Assembly: GCA_964035575.1 (NCBI GenBank)
Contig: OZ037845.1
Coordinates: 620,001-684,000, forward strand
Direction: 5' to 3'
DNA from: Rhynchopus sp. YZ270_cl-10
Taxonomy: Eukaryota
DNA: 64,000 bases
The notes below the pieces were generated by a model. It worked only from the letters and a program-made list of their open reading frames with translations. It did not search any database and had not been told where the DNA came from. Position numbers and translations under genes: made by a program. Positions 21,836 to 33,599 of the stretch are shown in pieces (the first letter of the stretch is position 1; each line of letters starts with the position of its first letter).

Positions 21836-22072
21836 CTGGGGGGGGGGCGAATAGTAGACCCCCCCTGTATAATTTTTTTTCCACATTTTACCACAACTAC
21901 TCAAAACATGAAATCTGTTGCTTTATTGGACTCATCGGGCATTTTTAGAACCTGGACATGGGGGTCAGAATCCACTTTCGAGCACCAAAAATAGGGTCAA
22001 AAAAATTGGAGTCTAAAATTTAGGGGGGGGTCTACTATTCAAAGGGGGGGTCTACTATTCGACCCCCCCCAG
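21836..22072. mobile_element. MITE, 237 bp, TA TSD (Tc1/mariner type)
   Basis: ctgggggggggcgaatagtagacccccc / ggggggtctactattcgaccccccccag; empty site ccttaaccact in unit 1 (~2801). Confidence 0.85.
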
Positions 22073-22394
22073 TAACCACTTTTTTTCTATTTGTTATTTG
22101 CACCAGTCGCCCGAAGGCCTTTTTTTTTTGTTTTTGTAGTTTTTTTTTTCGCAAGATAAAGTGTGTATCCTCCTGGAAGAGGAGAATGTCTTACAACACG
22201 GCACATAGATCGCTAACCCATCCTCATGATCAGGCAGAGGTGAGATGGTCAGGAATCAGGCACTCATTAAAAATAATGTTGCACCCACCCTTTTGCTGCG
22301 GGTCTGATTGCCCGATCAAAGAGGGCTGATACAAAGCAAGTGTACTACAAGCTAGCAAAAGAAAAGAAAAAATGAAATATACACAATGTGAACT

Positions 22395-24331
22395 CAGGGG
22401 TCGCGCTAACTTGCTACCGACTACCGTAGATTTTTGGCGATTTTGCTTGGTACGTTTTTTTTTTGCAAACCGGGGTTTCCTTCAGGGGAGTTTAAAAGTT
22501 TGGATTTTTTTCAAAAAATTCGGTTTGAGGTAAAAAATCGGTTTGGGCAAAAAAAAGCGAATTCCGAGCTTTCTCGCCCCCCCACGGGCCCCACCCCCCA
22601 CCCTTCATCCCTTAACAACTTTTTTCGATTTATGTTCCTTTTTAAAAAATTTTCTTACAAAAAGTGAATTTTTGAGGCGGGTTGTAAATAGCAAGAATTT
22701 AGTTTTGCTGATCATTAACGCTCCCTCTTGATGGTGGTTGATGTAAGCAAAGATCTGAACAGAAACGAACAGGCACCCACGAACGCATCCAACACAACGC
22801 AACCGATCCGAATGCATCGAACGGAACCCAAGCAACGCAACGAGTGGTTACAAACCGCAGCCCACCTTTGGTACCCCGCAAGTGCGTTTCCGGCGTCACG
22901 TACACGGGTCTGGTGGTTTTCGGTGAAAAACGCCCGTTTTGCCTTAAGGAACGCACGTTTCTAAAGCGTTTCCCACGTAAACTCGCGACACGAAAATAGG
23001 AATTAAAAACAAATCTCTCAGAAAACTGTATTCTAAATACCTCATTTTTTTGGCCCAATCTTTCCAACGCCGAAAAAATCTTAGACTTTGGTGCCTCTGC
23101 GTGAAATGTCGATTTTTGGTGGACCCCGTATGGGGGGGGGTGTAGCAAAAGCAACCTTAAAAACCTTACACAGTGTTAAGGAATTTTTGAGGGATGGGGT
23201 TATCCCAGGGCCTCACTTCCCCTTCCTCTCTCACTCATGTTTGGCTTCTCCGAGCTCCGTCCGTCAAATGGTGGGGTCACATTTTCTGCAAAAACAGGAT
23301 TTTTCTGGCCAGAAACCCTGTTACGAGGAAAAAAATTTTTTTTTCAAAAATCCAGATTTTCCATAGCTTTTTTTTTTTTTTTTTTCAAAATCCTCAAACC
23401 GAATTTTTCGGTTTTTGAAACCGGTAAACCGATATTTTAAACTCCCCTGGTTTCCTTAAGAAAATCAGAGAAACTCGTATTTCATTGTAAGGGTACCATA
23501 GCGCGTTTTTGTACACACATGTGACCCCACCGTGGAGAGCAATCGGCTCGCGCAATCAAAAGAAAGCAGAGAAAAGGGAAAAGAAAAAAGACAAAAGTTG
23601 GGTACCGTGCGCCTGCGGCGCTACGTACTATTCTCAGTCAAGAACACCACAATTTCATCTGAAGCTGTGTTTTCAGACTTCAAAATGACCCTTCTTTACG
23701 AGAATCAGCAGTCTCGAAAAATGCACAGGAATAAAAAATGGTGAGAACTTAAATACCGAAAACTCGTCCATTTTTCCAAAATGACCCCATCACTTTCTGC
23801 AATTGCACGATGCAATCAACAAAAACGCCTACCCCTTTTTCGTGATCTGGGAACATGCTTTCAGGGGTTTCCTTACTAAAACCAGCGAATCTCACATTTC
23901 ATAGTAAGGGTACTTTAGAGTGTTTTTGTACACACATGTGACCCCACCGTGGAGAGCAATCGGCTCGTACAATCAAAAGAACGCAGAGAAACGGGAAAAA
24001 GAAAAAGACAAAAGTTGGGTACCGTGCGCCTGCGGCGCTACCTACTGTTCTCAGTGGTGTCAAAAAACGCCACAATTTCATAATTATGAAGCTGGGTTTT
24101 CAGACCTGAAAATGACCCTTGTTTAAGAGTATGGGTTCATATTTTGTGAAAATTTAAGTCACAAAATTTTGTCCATTTTTCCGTATATACCCCACCACAG
24201 AACGGGATTGGCTCGGAAATGCCACAAAACACTGTTTTTTCACCCCCTGGTGCACAGCTGTTTCAGGTACGTTTTTTGGTACCGTTTTTCCATTTTTTCG
24301 CCGGTTTTCCCCAAAATTAGCGCGACCCCTG
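22395..24331. mobile_element. Non-autonomous hAT-like element, 15-bp TIR, 8-bp TSD
   Basis: caggggtcgcgctaa / ttagcgcgacccctg; TSD tgtgaact at 22387-22394 and 24332-24339; internal direct duplication with ~420-bp period. Confidence 0.85.
22483..23449. mobile_element. Second hAT-like MITE nested in the first
   Basis: TIR caggggagtttaaaa / ttttaaactcccctg; 8-bp TSD gtttcctt at 22475-22482 and 23450-23457. Confidence 0.85.
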
Positions 24332-24340
24332 TGTGAACTA

Positions 24341-25745
24341 CAGTGTGACACAGAATTAATGGCCGATGACGACATTTTGTAAAAATTGTTATATTATTCT
24401 AAAAAATAGGCAAAATTTGACTCATTTCATTGCATTTTCAACTGGCCGTGTATGAAAAGTGTGTGTGTGGGGAAAATATTAACATGGAAATATCCCTTTT
24501 TGGTAAAAAAGGGTGTATGTGTAAAAAAAAAAAAATACAGTGTAGCAGTACAAACGAGTGGGTGCACAAAAATAAATAGAGCATGCATTAGTATTTTGTG
24601 TGCATTCCGTTGGAATTGCGAACTGCGTCTAGGCGTCGTGGCATTGACATGATGTAACGTGCAACGAAGCTATTGTCCATCTTGGACCATTCCTTGTTGA
24701 TGGCACGTTTAAGTGCTGACACGTCTTTGGGCTCCCGTTCGTTGACTGCAGTCTGCAGCTTGGCCCACAGGTTCTCAATAGGATTGAGATCAGGGGAGTT
24801 GCCTGGCCAGTCAGCTTTAGGGAGGAACGAGAAAGGTTGGGAGGAGAGGAATGCTTGAGTAACGTTCGCAGTGTGGCAGGGTGCCCCATCCTGCTGAAAC
24901 GTGTAGCTACTGTCAGGCAGGAGTTCTTTTATTTCTTTGAGCGCTTTCTGTAAGACGAGCGTACGGTACTTCTCTGCATTGAGAGCACCGTCATAGAAAT
25001 AGAGCTTCGTCTTACCTCTGGTGGTGATTCCTCCCCAGACGTGAACCTTCTGCGTAGCCCTGACCTTATCAACGGTTGGGGGCGGCTCATCACCATCTGC
25101 AACCCAGACAACATCGTTCTTCTTGCTCACCCGAGAAAAAAGCCAAAAGTCTTTTTCATCGGTGAACATCACCTTTGACCAGTCGGTGTTTCGATGCGTT
25201 TCAGCAAACTCTATCCGGGCAGTGATGTTCTTTTCCGAGAGCTTTGGTTTGCTCTTCGTTTGAACGGGCTTCAGCCCCTTCTCCTTCAGGCACCTGCGGA
25301 CACTCTCCCTCGAAATCTGTAGTCGCGACGCTACTTTCCTGCAAGACTGAAACCGCTTGCCCCGCATGTGTCTAACCACCCTATTCTTAACGGTGTCGGT
25401 GGTGGCCGATCTCTTGCGTCCCCTCCCTGGCTTGTCCGAAAAATTCCGCTCTCCAGCGCGGTACTCCTTCACCCACCTACCCAAACTCCTCTTCGCAACG
25501 TTCAGCAACTCCGCCACCTCATCATGGCTCTTACCGCCAACAACGACTAGCGACGCTGCCTGTAGGCGCAACCCTTCCCTCGTGGCCTCAGTGTTCACTT
25601 TACCCTTAACCATTATATTTTTGCTTTTATTGTGTTCCTGGGCGTAAATATTTTATGTTTTGGGGGTGTTTTGAATATGTCCTTGTCAAAATTTGCCGTT
25701 TTTTTATAAAATGTCTTCATCGGCCATTAATTCTGTGTCACACTG
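24341..25745 (-). mobile_element. Autonomous Tc1/mariner (DD37E) transposon
   Basis: ~45-bp TIR cagtgtgacacagaattaatggccgatga...; TA TSD on both sides. Confidence 0.95.
24588..25613 (-). CDS. IS630/Tc1/mariner transposase, DD37E
   Basis: HTH + GRGRK, FTDE, QQDGAPCH, SPDLNPIE; 37 residues between the second D and E. Confidence 0.95.
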   Translation of the reverse strand: MVKGKVNTEATREGLRLQAASLVVVGGKSHDEVAELLNVAKRSLGRWVKEYRAGERNFSDKPGRGRKRSATTDTVKNRVVRHMRGKRFQSCRKVASRLQISRESVRRCLKEKGLKPVQTKSKPKLSEKNITARIEFAETHRNTDWSKVMFTDEKDFWLFSRVSKKNDVVWVADGDEPPPTVDKVRATQKVHVWGGITTRGKTKLYFYDGALNAEKYRTLVLQKALKEIKELLPDSSYTFQQDGAPCHTANVTQAFLSSQPFSFLPKADWPGNSPDLNPIENLWAKLQTAVNEREPKDVSALKRAINKEWSKMDNSFVARYIMSMPRRLDAVRNSNGMHTKY

Positions 25746-25781
25746 TAAGCATGCGCAAGCGTGGGCGGGTGTTCAGTTCGC

Positions 25782-26744
25782 TCACTTCTGGAGGAAGGCT
25801 TCCAGCTGGGAGTCGAGAGTGTCCTTGCTGACTTCCTTGCGCCTGTGGTGGTGGTGGGGGTGGTGTGGTGGTGGGGTGGGCTGTTTCCATACTCAACGCG
25901 TGCTCCAGACTCCTTCGCGCCCTTGCCGCCTCCCTTGCCTCCCTTGCCGCCCTTCCTTCCGAAGGTCTTTCCCTTTCCTTTCGTCGTGGTCGGTGGCTTC
26001 TGGTTGGTTCCCTTCTTGGCGGGGGCGGTCTGGCCCTTGTTGCCCTTTCCTCCCTTCTTGGCAGGTGCAGCGGTCTTTGTTCCCTCCTGCTTCGCGAAGG
26101 AGACGGAGATTTCTTTGTCGCCTGCAGTAGGGGTTGTTGGATTGTTGCTGTTGTATTGGTCTTCATACCGAGACGGGCACCGTCAAGCTCGTGCACTGCA
26201 GACTTTGCGTGCACAGCGTCGTGGTAGGTCACGAGAGCGTTTCCTGTTTAAAAAAGATGCAGTAAATATTGGTTGAAGTTTGAAAAAATGCAAATTCAAA
26301 ATGCATACCGGTGGGACGCCCGCTGGGGTCGAAGAAGATGGTAAGCTTGTCCACGGCTCCGGCGGTCTCGACAACGCGGAGGACGTGCTGCTCCTCCCAG
26401 TCGGAGGGGAGGCCTGAGATGAGCACACGGTTGCGGATCGTCTTCGTGTCTTGCTTCTTGGCACCACCACCACGTCCGGTGCGTGCGTTCGCGAAGGCGG
26501 GTGCACGACGCGAGTCACGGTCACGTGCCGCAATCTGGTTCATGACGTTCGAGCTTCTCTGACCAGCGTTTCTCCCCGCACCGGCAGCGCTAAGCCCGCC
26601 ACGTCCTCCCTTGGTGGGTGCGGCACGGCCTCCACCACGTCCCTTTCCACCCTTCCCGCCCTTGGCACCCTTGCCTCCCTTACCTCCCTTGCGCGGGGTA
26701 GACTTCATCGTCTCCGCGATGACCTCATCAAGCGACTTGTCCAT
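25782..26744 (-). CDS. ALYREF: ALYREF/Yra1-like mRNA export adaptor; exons 26744-26309, 26243-26169, 26121-25893, 25842-25782
   Basis: N-terminal MDKSLDEVI, G/K/R-rich arms, RRM, C-terminal TLDSQLEAF after removing three 47-65 nt GTATG..AG introns. Confidence 0.85.
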
Positions 26745-29700
26745 TGCTTCTTTTTGTTAAAACTAGTACACTAAAATTCTGTTTGCGTATAGAGTGGTTG
26801 TGGAGGAGGGGGTTGGTGCGCATGTCGAGTCCGTTTATTCGCCCTCAAAAACAACGAAAAAAGGGCGCTTTCCCCTTTTTTCCGTTGCTTTTTGCGGACC
26901 ACCTCGACATGCCTTGGTCTCTCGTTGCACAGCCACAAACATGGCGTCGCTGTGGGTTGTGTGGAGGGCGCCGTTGTGAGGTGCGGTTCGCAGTTGAAAA
27001 GGTGGTGTGATGGTGCATAAGCGTATCTGGGTAGTAGTGTGATCGCGGTGGTAATTTTTGGCGACCGGTCCCCTTTTTCCCTTTGCTTATTTGCACTTCT
27101 CACGAGGCTCTTCGAAGGATGGCTGTGACAGAGTGTGCTGTTTGCGAAAGGTTTGTACAGGAGCGACCCCCCCTCTTAAGCTTGCTTTTCAAACAATACA
27201 CACCACGCTGCCTGGCCGTTTCCCCCTTCGCCTCTCCTCCTTTCAGCTCCCCCTTTACCACGCAACCGACGCACACAGATGACTACCCTGCTCTGTAAGA
27301 CAAACCGAGCAAAGCTGCAGTCGTATTCCCCCCGCAACGGACTACCTGCATGCTCTGTGTGAAGGTATCGTATCGAACAAAAGCAAAGCGTCAGCGAAAC
27401 CGGGTCGTTTTTCTGTGGTGAAGAGATCAGTCTGTGATGGGATGGCAAGAAAAGCGTCAAGCTTCATTAACACAAAGAGCACGCTCGGTGGGGGGTTTTT
27501 TGCCCAGCAACAAAGCGACTGCAAGGTGTGCTGTTCAGGTTGGTAGTGTGAGGAGTCCGTTTTGTGCAGTACTGCACTACCCAAATGGAGCGAATCCTCG
27601 GGTGTGTACACTAATCCAACCAGATTTTTCAAAAAAGAATACAATCCACCGGGTTAAAAGAGGTTGTATTTTGCAACCACTAAAACCCGTTTTAAGAAAG
27701 GCTTGTTTTTTGATGAACGGTACACCTCATCCCGAAGGGAAAGTGTGTGTGATTTATTGTTTCATATACTAACTATTCTACTGAATAGAAGGTATAATAG
27801 GGTGCACTAAATGTACCCAGTGATTTATAAAAAAATCGCGTTGAATAGAAGACAGGCAGAACACACCGAGAACAACAAAAAAACGGTACAAAAACCGTTG
27901 GTTGTGTGGTGTTGCCGATCAAACCGGAGAAACAAAACAAAGTAAACAAAAACAAAAACAAAAACAAAAAAACCCCAACAAATGAGTCAATTTTTCAAGA
28001 ACAAAGAAAATATCAAGAATCACAAGAAACTACAAAACGCTGCGAGCAATTTTTGCTTTTTTTTCAAAAATAAAACAATGGTCACGGGTAGTGTGGTCAC
28101 CCATCTTATGCTAAAGGACAAAGGCATAGCAAGCCTGCATCAAATAATTGGGATTTTTGGCCCAAATTTTGAGAAGTGGGGAAGAGGAAGGGAGGGTTAG
28201 CTTTTTGACTTTGAAAAGAAACCCCAAGTCTGCATCGTTCACACCCTGGTAGAAAAAGCACTGAACAGTATTCCCCCCGCATCACCCCTTTCATAATCTG
28301 TTTAGTTTAAAGAATTGTTGGAATAGTGTAATTGCCACCTGTGCAAGCTCCACTGTCCTTAAAGTCACTCACGTAAACCTTTTTTTGACTAAATATCTGA
28401 CCGATGTCTGGTTTCTTGCCACGTGCAAGGGTTACCAAAGAAGAAAACTTTGAAAAAAAAGACGTTCTTGTTTCTTGTGGTATTGTACATCAAAACTCTC
28501 TTAAAATACTTAGCTCACTTCAAATAGAGCCTACAGTAGCCTTAACACATTACACCGTTCTGACTATGTAAATGAAATCCTCTTTTAACTTGAAAAGGTT
28601 GGGTACGATGAACCTAAGCCTCGCACAGTGCTTGCGTCATCTTCACAAAAAAAAAAATAATGCAAATTCTTTCTACTCATGGTGGAACAAATACTGTAGG
28701 GTTAACTTTCAACACCAAAAAAATTTTTGGGGAGGTTGTGAAAGAGTTGGACAAGGAGGTGGACGGGGTTGAGACGCTAAAGGCAGAGAGGGCTTGGGAT
28801 TGCCTTAGGGTCGAAGGAAAATGGGGAAAAAATGTATCTCTTTTTTTGGTTTTCTTTTGATGTTGTGAATAGAATTTGCAAGCGATCTGCATTTTCTGCA
28901 ATTTTTTTTCAATAAGGGCAAAGAGAGAAGGTTGAATCCTAAGCCCACCCATGCTTTTGATCACCTAGAGAAAGGGTCACGACACAACAAAGAAATAGCC
29001 AGCCAAGAAAAAGGGCGAGACAGCAGTTAACACCTTTTACGAAAAAAACAAAACAAACCCCAACTGCCATTTTGCTGGAAGAAACTGGAAGTCGTGGTTC
29101 GAGCGTTCGAAGGCGGTGCTAAGCTGGGTTCCTCCCCATGCAGGCATATCAACTCTGTTGTGTACATTAGCTGCGGTACAGGCACCTGGTTTCCACCACG
29201 GTCACATCGTAAGGTGTGAACATCGTTGTGTCAGCATTTGTGTGCACCTGTGAATGACAATTTATATTATAGCATCATCACAATCACCGTGAGGTGTCAT
29301 GGACGCTGGATAAGAGGGGAAAAGGGATGAGAATATCCGCTGAACGCTGGTTGGAGGTGTGTTTCAGGGGTTTCAAGTCAATGGTTATAGTAATCGACGA
29401 CCACCCTATCCGAGAACCGATTCTGTACAACCAAAATCACCCCAAGGCTGATACATCCAACGGTATAGATGCAGATCATCTTCCCCTCCTCCGAAGATCT
29501 GTTGCCCTTCAGTCTTCACTATCCGGAAAACACTCCCTTTTTGTAACCCCATAAAGGGTGTAGTGGTTACGCGGAGAATCCCCAAGGGAGTAACGTCTGT
29601 CTGGGTGGGGATGTTGACATAGGAAGAGAAGCTTTTTTTTTTCCTGTATTTTTTTCCGGTTTCTCGCGACAAAAAACGGAGGGGGGGGGGAAAGGGGGAG

Positions 29701-30149
29701 GGAAGGGGAAGCAATGAAAACCGGCAAAGCTAGAAACTCGCTCGCAAGCTACAAAATCTCCCTCCCCTCCCCTCCCTCCCCTCCGCCTTCTTGGGCGACA
29801 AGAAATGACACAACTTTTAAGGTTAGAGCCAAAGAAAAAAAACGCAGCTAACATACGCATATGATATATAACACAGGAGGAGGGTTTTTTCGTTCTATTC
29901 CATTACCCCCCCTTGAGAAGCATCCTCAATACGTTGATTTTCTAAGAAAGCCTCCTTTAATTTTGGGACAAAAAAACAACAAAAAAAACAAAAAACGGAT
30001 TGTCAGATGACCCTAAGCTTTGTGCTTAGTCACCAAAGAAAAGCTGACCATGCAAAAAAATATCAGTGAATTTTAAAATGACAAAAAAAGGACACACGGG
30101 GCATCAACCCTTCGTGCATCCTTTGTACTGCTTTTTCTCATTTCCCTCT

Positions 30150-30632
30150 TTATGCCTCTGTGGCTTTGGGGTCAGATGGCTTGATACAACCGATGACAGC
30201 GTCGACAAACATGGTGATCGGAGGGTCGAGGAGGTAGGGGAGTGCTGGGATGATGGCAAGCCCAGAGAGGGTGGGTGCGAGGCGGAGGGAGGACTTCATG
30301 TAGTTGGGGCGGTACTTTGTGAGGAGGGATGTGGTGAAGGAGACCTGTCTGTTGACGAAGAAGGCGGGGACCGTGACGGAGGCGAGCAGCTGCCAGAGTG
30401 CGGCGGATGTGCCTGCGATGCCTGCATCCCGCCAGTTCCCTGTGGCTTCGTGTGCTAGTCTCGTCTTGTCTGCAGCGTCGCCTGCCGCATACCCAAGTGC
30501 TACAACATACGTTGCCGCCACAAAGTGCTTCGACACCAACGGCCGAAACGCCTCTCCAAACTCATTCGTGTACCCAGCATACCGCACTGTGCTGTCACGC
30601 CACCAATCAAACCCCTCATGTGGGGGGGACAT
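30150..30632 (-). CDS. MTFP1: Mitochondrial fission process protein 1 (MTP18)
   Basis: DWWRDSTVRYAGYTNEFGEAFRP and WQLLASVTVP motifs; ATG at 30632. Confidence 0.85.
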   Translation of the reverse strand: MSPPHEGFDWWRDSTVRYAGYTNEFGEAFRPLVSKHFVAATYVVALGYAAGDAADKTRLAHEATGNWRDAGIAGTSAALWQLLASVTVPAFFVNRQVSFTTSLLTKYRPNYMKSSLRLAPTLSGLAIIPALPYLLDPPITMFVDAVIGCIKPSDPKATEA

Positions 30633-30723
30633 TGTTTCGTGTTGTGCTGGAAGGGGGGGTGGGTGGGTGGGTGGTGGAGGGGAATGGAGGGTGTCGTGAG
30701 TAGGGGATGGAAAAGGGGTGATC

Positions 30724-30813
30724 TCAGTTGCCCCCAATGAAGGGGACGTCAATACGGTTGTAAGCATCGCAAAGAAGCAGGTCAGACCGTTGCGGTGTAT
30801 TCAATGTCATCAT
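30724..30813 (-). ncRNA. Box C/D snoRNA A, copy 1
   Basis: Minus strand: C ATGATGA, D' CTGA, C' GCGATGC, D CTGA; short terminal stem atc/gat. Confidence 0.75.
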
Positions 30814-30959
30814 TGATGCCGTGTTTGGGAAGGTGGGACGTCTGGTTGTGTTGTCTTGCGATCCTATCTGACCCGTACCTCATGTGGAGGCAAGGGGACA
30901 CATGGCGCGCTGGGTGGTGCAGAGTATTTCCTGTTGATGTAGATCACCGTTGCGTGGTG

Positions 30960-31044
30960 TCAGTGTAATACGAAGAAGAGTTCTAACCATCGCCTGCGAA
31001 CAGGCTCATCAAGACCGTTGCGGATGTATTTACAATATCATCAT
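30960..31044 (-). ncRNA. Box C/D snoRNA B, copy 1
   Basis: C ATGATGA, D' ATGA, hairpin cctg-ttcg-cagg, C' GCGATGG, D CTGA. Confidence 0.7.
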
Positions 31045-31173
31045 TACTGCGTGGTGCGAAGCTTTGTGTGTGGATGGGTGTCTTGCGATCCTATCTGACC
31101 CGTACCTCATGTGGAAGCAAGGGGACACATGGCGCGCTGGAAGCAGTTGAAAGGGAACACAGGTGAGAGGATC

Positions 31174-31263
31174 TCAGTTGCCCCCAATGAAGGGGACGTC
31201 AATACGGTTGTAAGCATCGCAAAGAAGCAGGTCAGACCGTTGCGGTGTATTCAATGTCATCAT
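31174..31263 (-). ncRNA. Box C/D snoRNA A, copy 2
   Basis: Identical to copy 1. Confidence 0.75.
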
Positions 31264-31409
31264 AGATGCCGTGTTTGAGAAGGTGGGATCGTTAATTGTG
31301 TTGTCTTGCGATCCTATCTGACCCGTACCTCATGTGGAGGCAAGGGGACACATGGCGCGCTGGGTGGTGCAGAGTATTTCCTGTTGATGTAGATCACCGT
31401 TGCGTGGTG

Positions 31410-31494
31410 TCAGTGTAATACGAAGAAGAGTTCTAACCATCGCCTGCGAACAGGCTCATCAAGACCGTTGCGGATGTATTTACAATATCATCAT
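31410..31494 (-). ncRNA. Box C/D snoRNA B, copy 2
   Basis: Identical to copy 1. Confidence 0.7.
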
Positions 31495-31625
31495 TACTGC
31501 ATGGTGTGAAGCTTTGTGTGTGGATGGGTGTCTTGCGATCCTATCTGACCCGTACCTCATGTGGAAGCAAGGGGACACATGGCGCGCTGGAAGCAGTTGA
31601 AAGGGAACACACAGGTGAGAGGATC

Positions 31626-31715
31626 TCAGTTGCCCCCAATGAAGGGGACGTCAATACGGTTGTAAGCATCGCAAAGAAGCAGGTCAGACCGTTGCGGTGT
31701 ATTCAATGTCATCAT
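31626..31715 (-). ncRNA. Box C/D snoRNA A, copy 3
   Basis: Identical to copy 1; repeat homology ends just beyond box C. Confidence 0.75.
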
Positions 31716-32240
31716 AGATCGAATGAATGTGGCACAAAGATAATGTGAATTTGAAACTGGCCCATGCCCCCCTTTCTTTTTATTCGAAATTGTGTCGTTT
31801 TCGTTACTATTTTTCTGCCAATACACATCTTTTGCACACAGCATCCGTAACCAACTCATCACAGACACCCCCCAACTGCAGTTCACATCCCGCTCCGCAA
31901 AAAAAAAACAACAAACCCCACCCCCCTTTCCTCTTCCCCCGACCACCACACACATCATGACAAGCTAGTTGCAGGGAACACTACACTATAGTTCATCATG
32001 AAACCACGCGCCGCTTCGTTTCCAGGCTAGACTCAACGCGGGTGGGGAGCGGTAAAGGGCCAAACACACAAAAGGGATTTTACGGAATCTTTTTTATGAA
32101 CGCCAAACTGAGGAATACTATCTCAGCAAGGGGGGGAAAACAACTGCAAGCACACAAAACACCTTTTTTTTCTTGAAAACATATTGACTCTGACACCTGA
32201 TATAGCCTCCCTCCCCTCCCCTCCCCTCCCGATCCCATAC

Positions 32241-33599
32241 TTATTCCACCCTTTGTTTCTTTGTTGGAGGTGATCCATCGTCACCGCGTTCTGTTGTCGC
32301 TTCTGTGACGTATTGTGCGGTGAGGCCAATTTCGGTTTTGTTGCGTTCTGCGGAGAAAGTGTCGGTGATTGACCAGAAGGACCGGGGGTGTGCATTTTCC
32401 ATGATGCTTCCGCTGAGAAGATACCCACCGGTGGCACTCATGTTCACTGCGGGGTGGGTTCTGTCGGGGAGAACCTGGTAGGGGCGGAACCAGGTTTCAG
32501 AGAGCTGTACGTTGACTGCAATGCTTTGCCCGCGGAGTGTCTTTGAAATCTCCAAGAGAGGCTCGATATAGCGGGAGTACACACAGAACGTGCAGGAGCC
32601 CCCCATGAGGGGGAGGATCTGGAAGAACGATTCACGCGGGTCGTGCTGGCTTGCAATAACCACGCTGTCCACTCCGTGGGTATACCGCATTTCGTGAACC
32701 GCCTTCTTTGTGCAAAGGTGGGTACGGTAGTCACGCACCTGGGTTGCTTCGACGTCGTCCGATTCTGTAAACGGGGTGGTTGGTGCTTCCTTCAACTCTG
32801 TCGCAAAATCGCGTTGATAATCAAAATTGACCAACGAAGTCGCCGCCTTTTCGTTCAAAGACAGCCAATCATACACCATCGAAGTGTGAACACCCTTTCC
32901 AAGAGTACCAATGAGGTTGTACACACGGCCAAGACCTCCTTGGCGAAGAACGGTTGCGGCTGAAAGGAGTCCGGTCAGACCGTCAATGACAATAGTATTG
33001 TTTCCTGCACCGACGTTTGCGAGGGTAAGAATTTGCGATAGAGTGTCGGAACGGATGTGCATGATTTTCTCGGGTTTCTTGAGAAGGTATGTCTCAATGA
33101 TGCTGTCTAAGGTGGGCCGGCGGAGACGCATGGAAAAGTCGTATTTCTTGGACTTCTTTTTGATGTATTTTTCCTGCGAAAACTTCGACTTCGCAGAAAA
33201 GGTCTTAGAGTTGGCAATAAGGTCCTCAACAATCTCGAGGCCCTTTCCCCCGTCTCTCTTCTCATGAAGCTCGTCTTTGGTTAAAGTTTGTGCGGAGTTT
33301 TTGTCAAGGAGGTTGCGGTTGTCGGAGCCAGCTTCGGTACCTTCGCGGACGACACGTCCAACCAGTTCCTTTTGTGCTTCACCTCCCTGAACCTTCTTGC
33401 AGAAAATTTTCCTGTCAGAGTCAAATCCAATTGGCTCGTTCCACCGCAGGCCAACAACACTGCCCAGATCAACGCCCTTCTGTGGACCGTTCTTTATTCC
33501 CTTGAAGATCTCGCCCTTCGCAATGCGGACAATGCTGATGCGGTCGTCCATCATGAACACAACAGCCCAGTCACCTTCCTGGATGGTTCCGGAGGCCAT
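32241..33599 (-). CDS. TRM6: tRNA m1A58 methyltransferase non-catalytic subunit (Gcd10/TRM6)
   Basis: DNRNLLD, LIANSKTF..KSKFSQEKYIKKK, RSDTLSQIL, YQVLPDRTHP..GGYLL motifs. Confidence 0.92.
   Translation of the reverse strand: MASGTIQEGDWAVVFMMDDRISIVRIAKGEIFKGIKNGPQKGVDLGSVVGLRWNEPIGFDSDRKIFCKKVQGGEAQKELVGRVVREGTEAGSDNRNLLDKNSAQTLTKDELHEKRDGGKGLEIVEDLIANSKTFSAKSKFSQEKYIKKKSKKYDFSMRLRRPTLDSIIETYLLKKPEKIMHIRSDTLSQILTLANVGAGNNTIVIDGLTGLLSAATVLRQGGLGRVYNLIGTLGKGVHTSMVYDWLSLNEKAATSLVNFDYQRDFATELKEAPTTPFTESDDVEATQVRDYRTHLCTKKAVHEMRYTHGVDSVVIASQHDPRESFFQILPLMGGSCTFCVYSRYIEPLLEISKTLRGQSIAVNVQLSETWFRPYQVLPDRTHPAVNMSATGGYLLSGSIMENAHPRSFWSITDTFSAERNKTEIGLTAQYVTEATTERGDDGSPPTKKQRVE

Larger units (their letters stand above)
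1..22378. repeat. Tandem segmental duplication, three units starting at 1, 7147 and 11934
   Basis: Same sequence ataaaatacaaatggtg... restarts at 7147 and 11934; units differ by element insertions and internal rearrangement. Confidence 0.9.
30720..31716. repeat. ~450-bp tandem repeat (~2.2 units) forming a snoRNA cluster
   Basis: atctcagttgccccc... recurs at 30721, 31171 and 31623. Confidence 0.9.

Noticed and set aside
30006..30034. SECIS element
   Set aside because: Too short, lacks the tandem GA quartet partner and apical AA geometry; no in-frame UGA in the neighbouring host genes
30720..31716. CRISPR array
   Set aside because: Long identical units with no unique spacers or cas genes; eukaryotic snoRNA cluster instead
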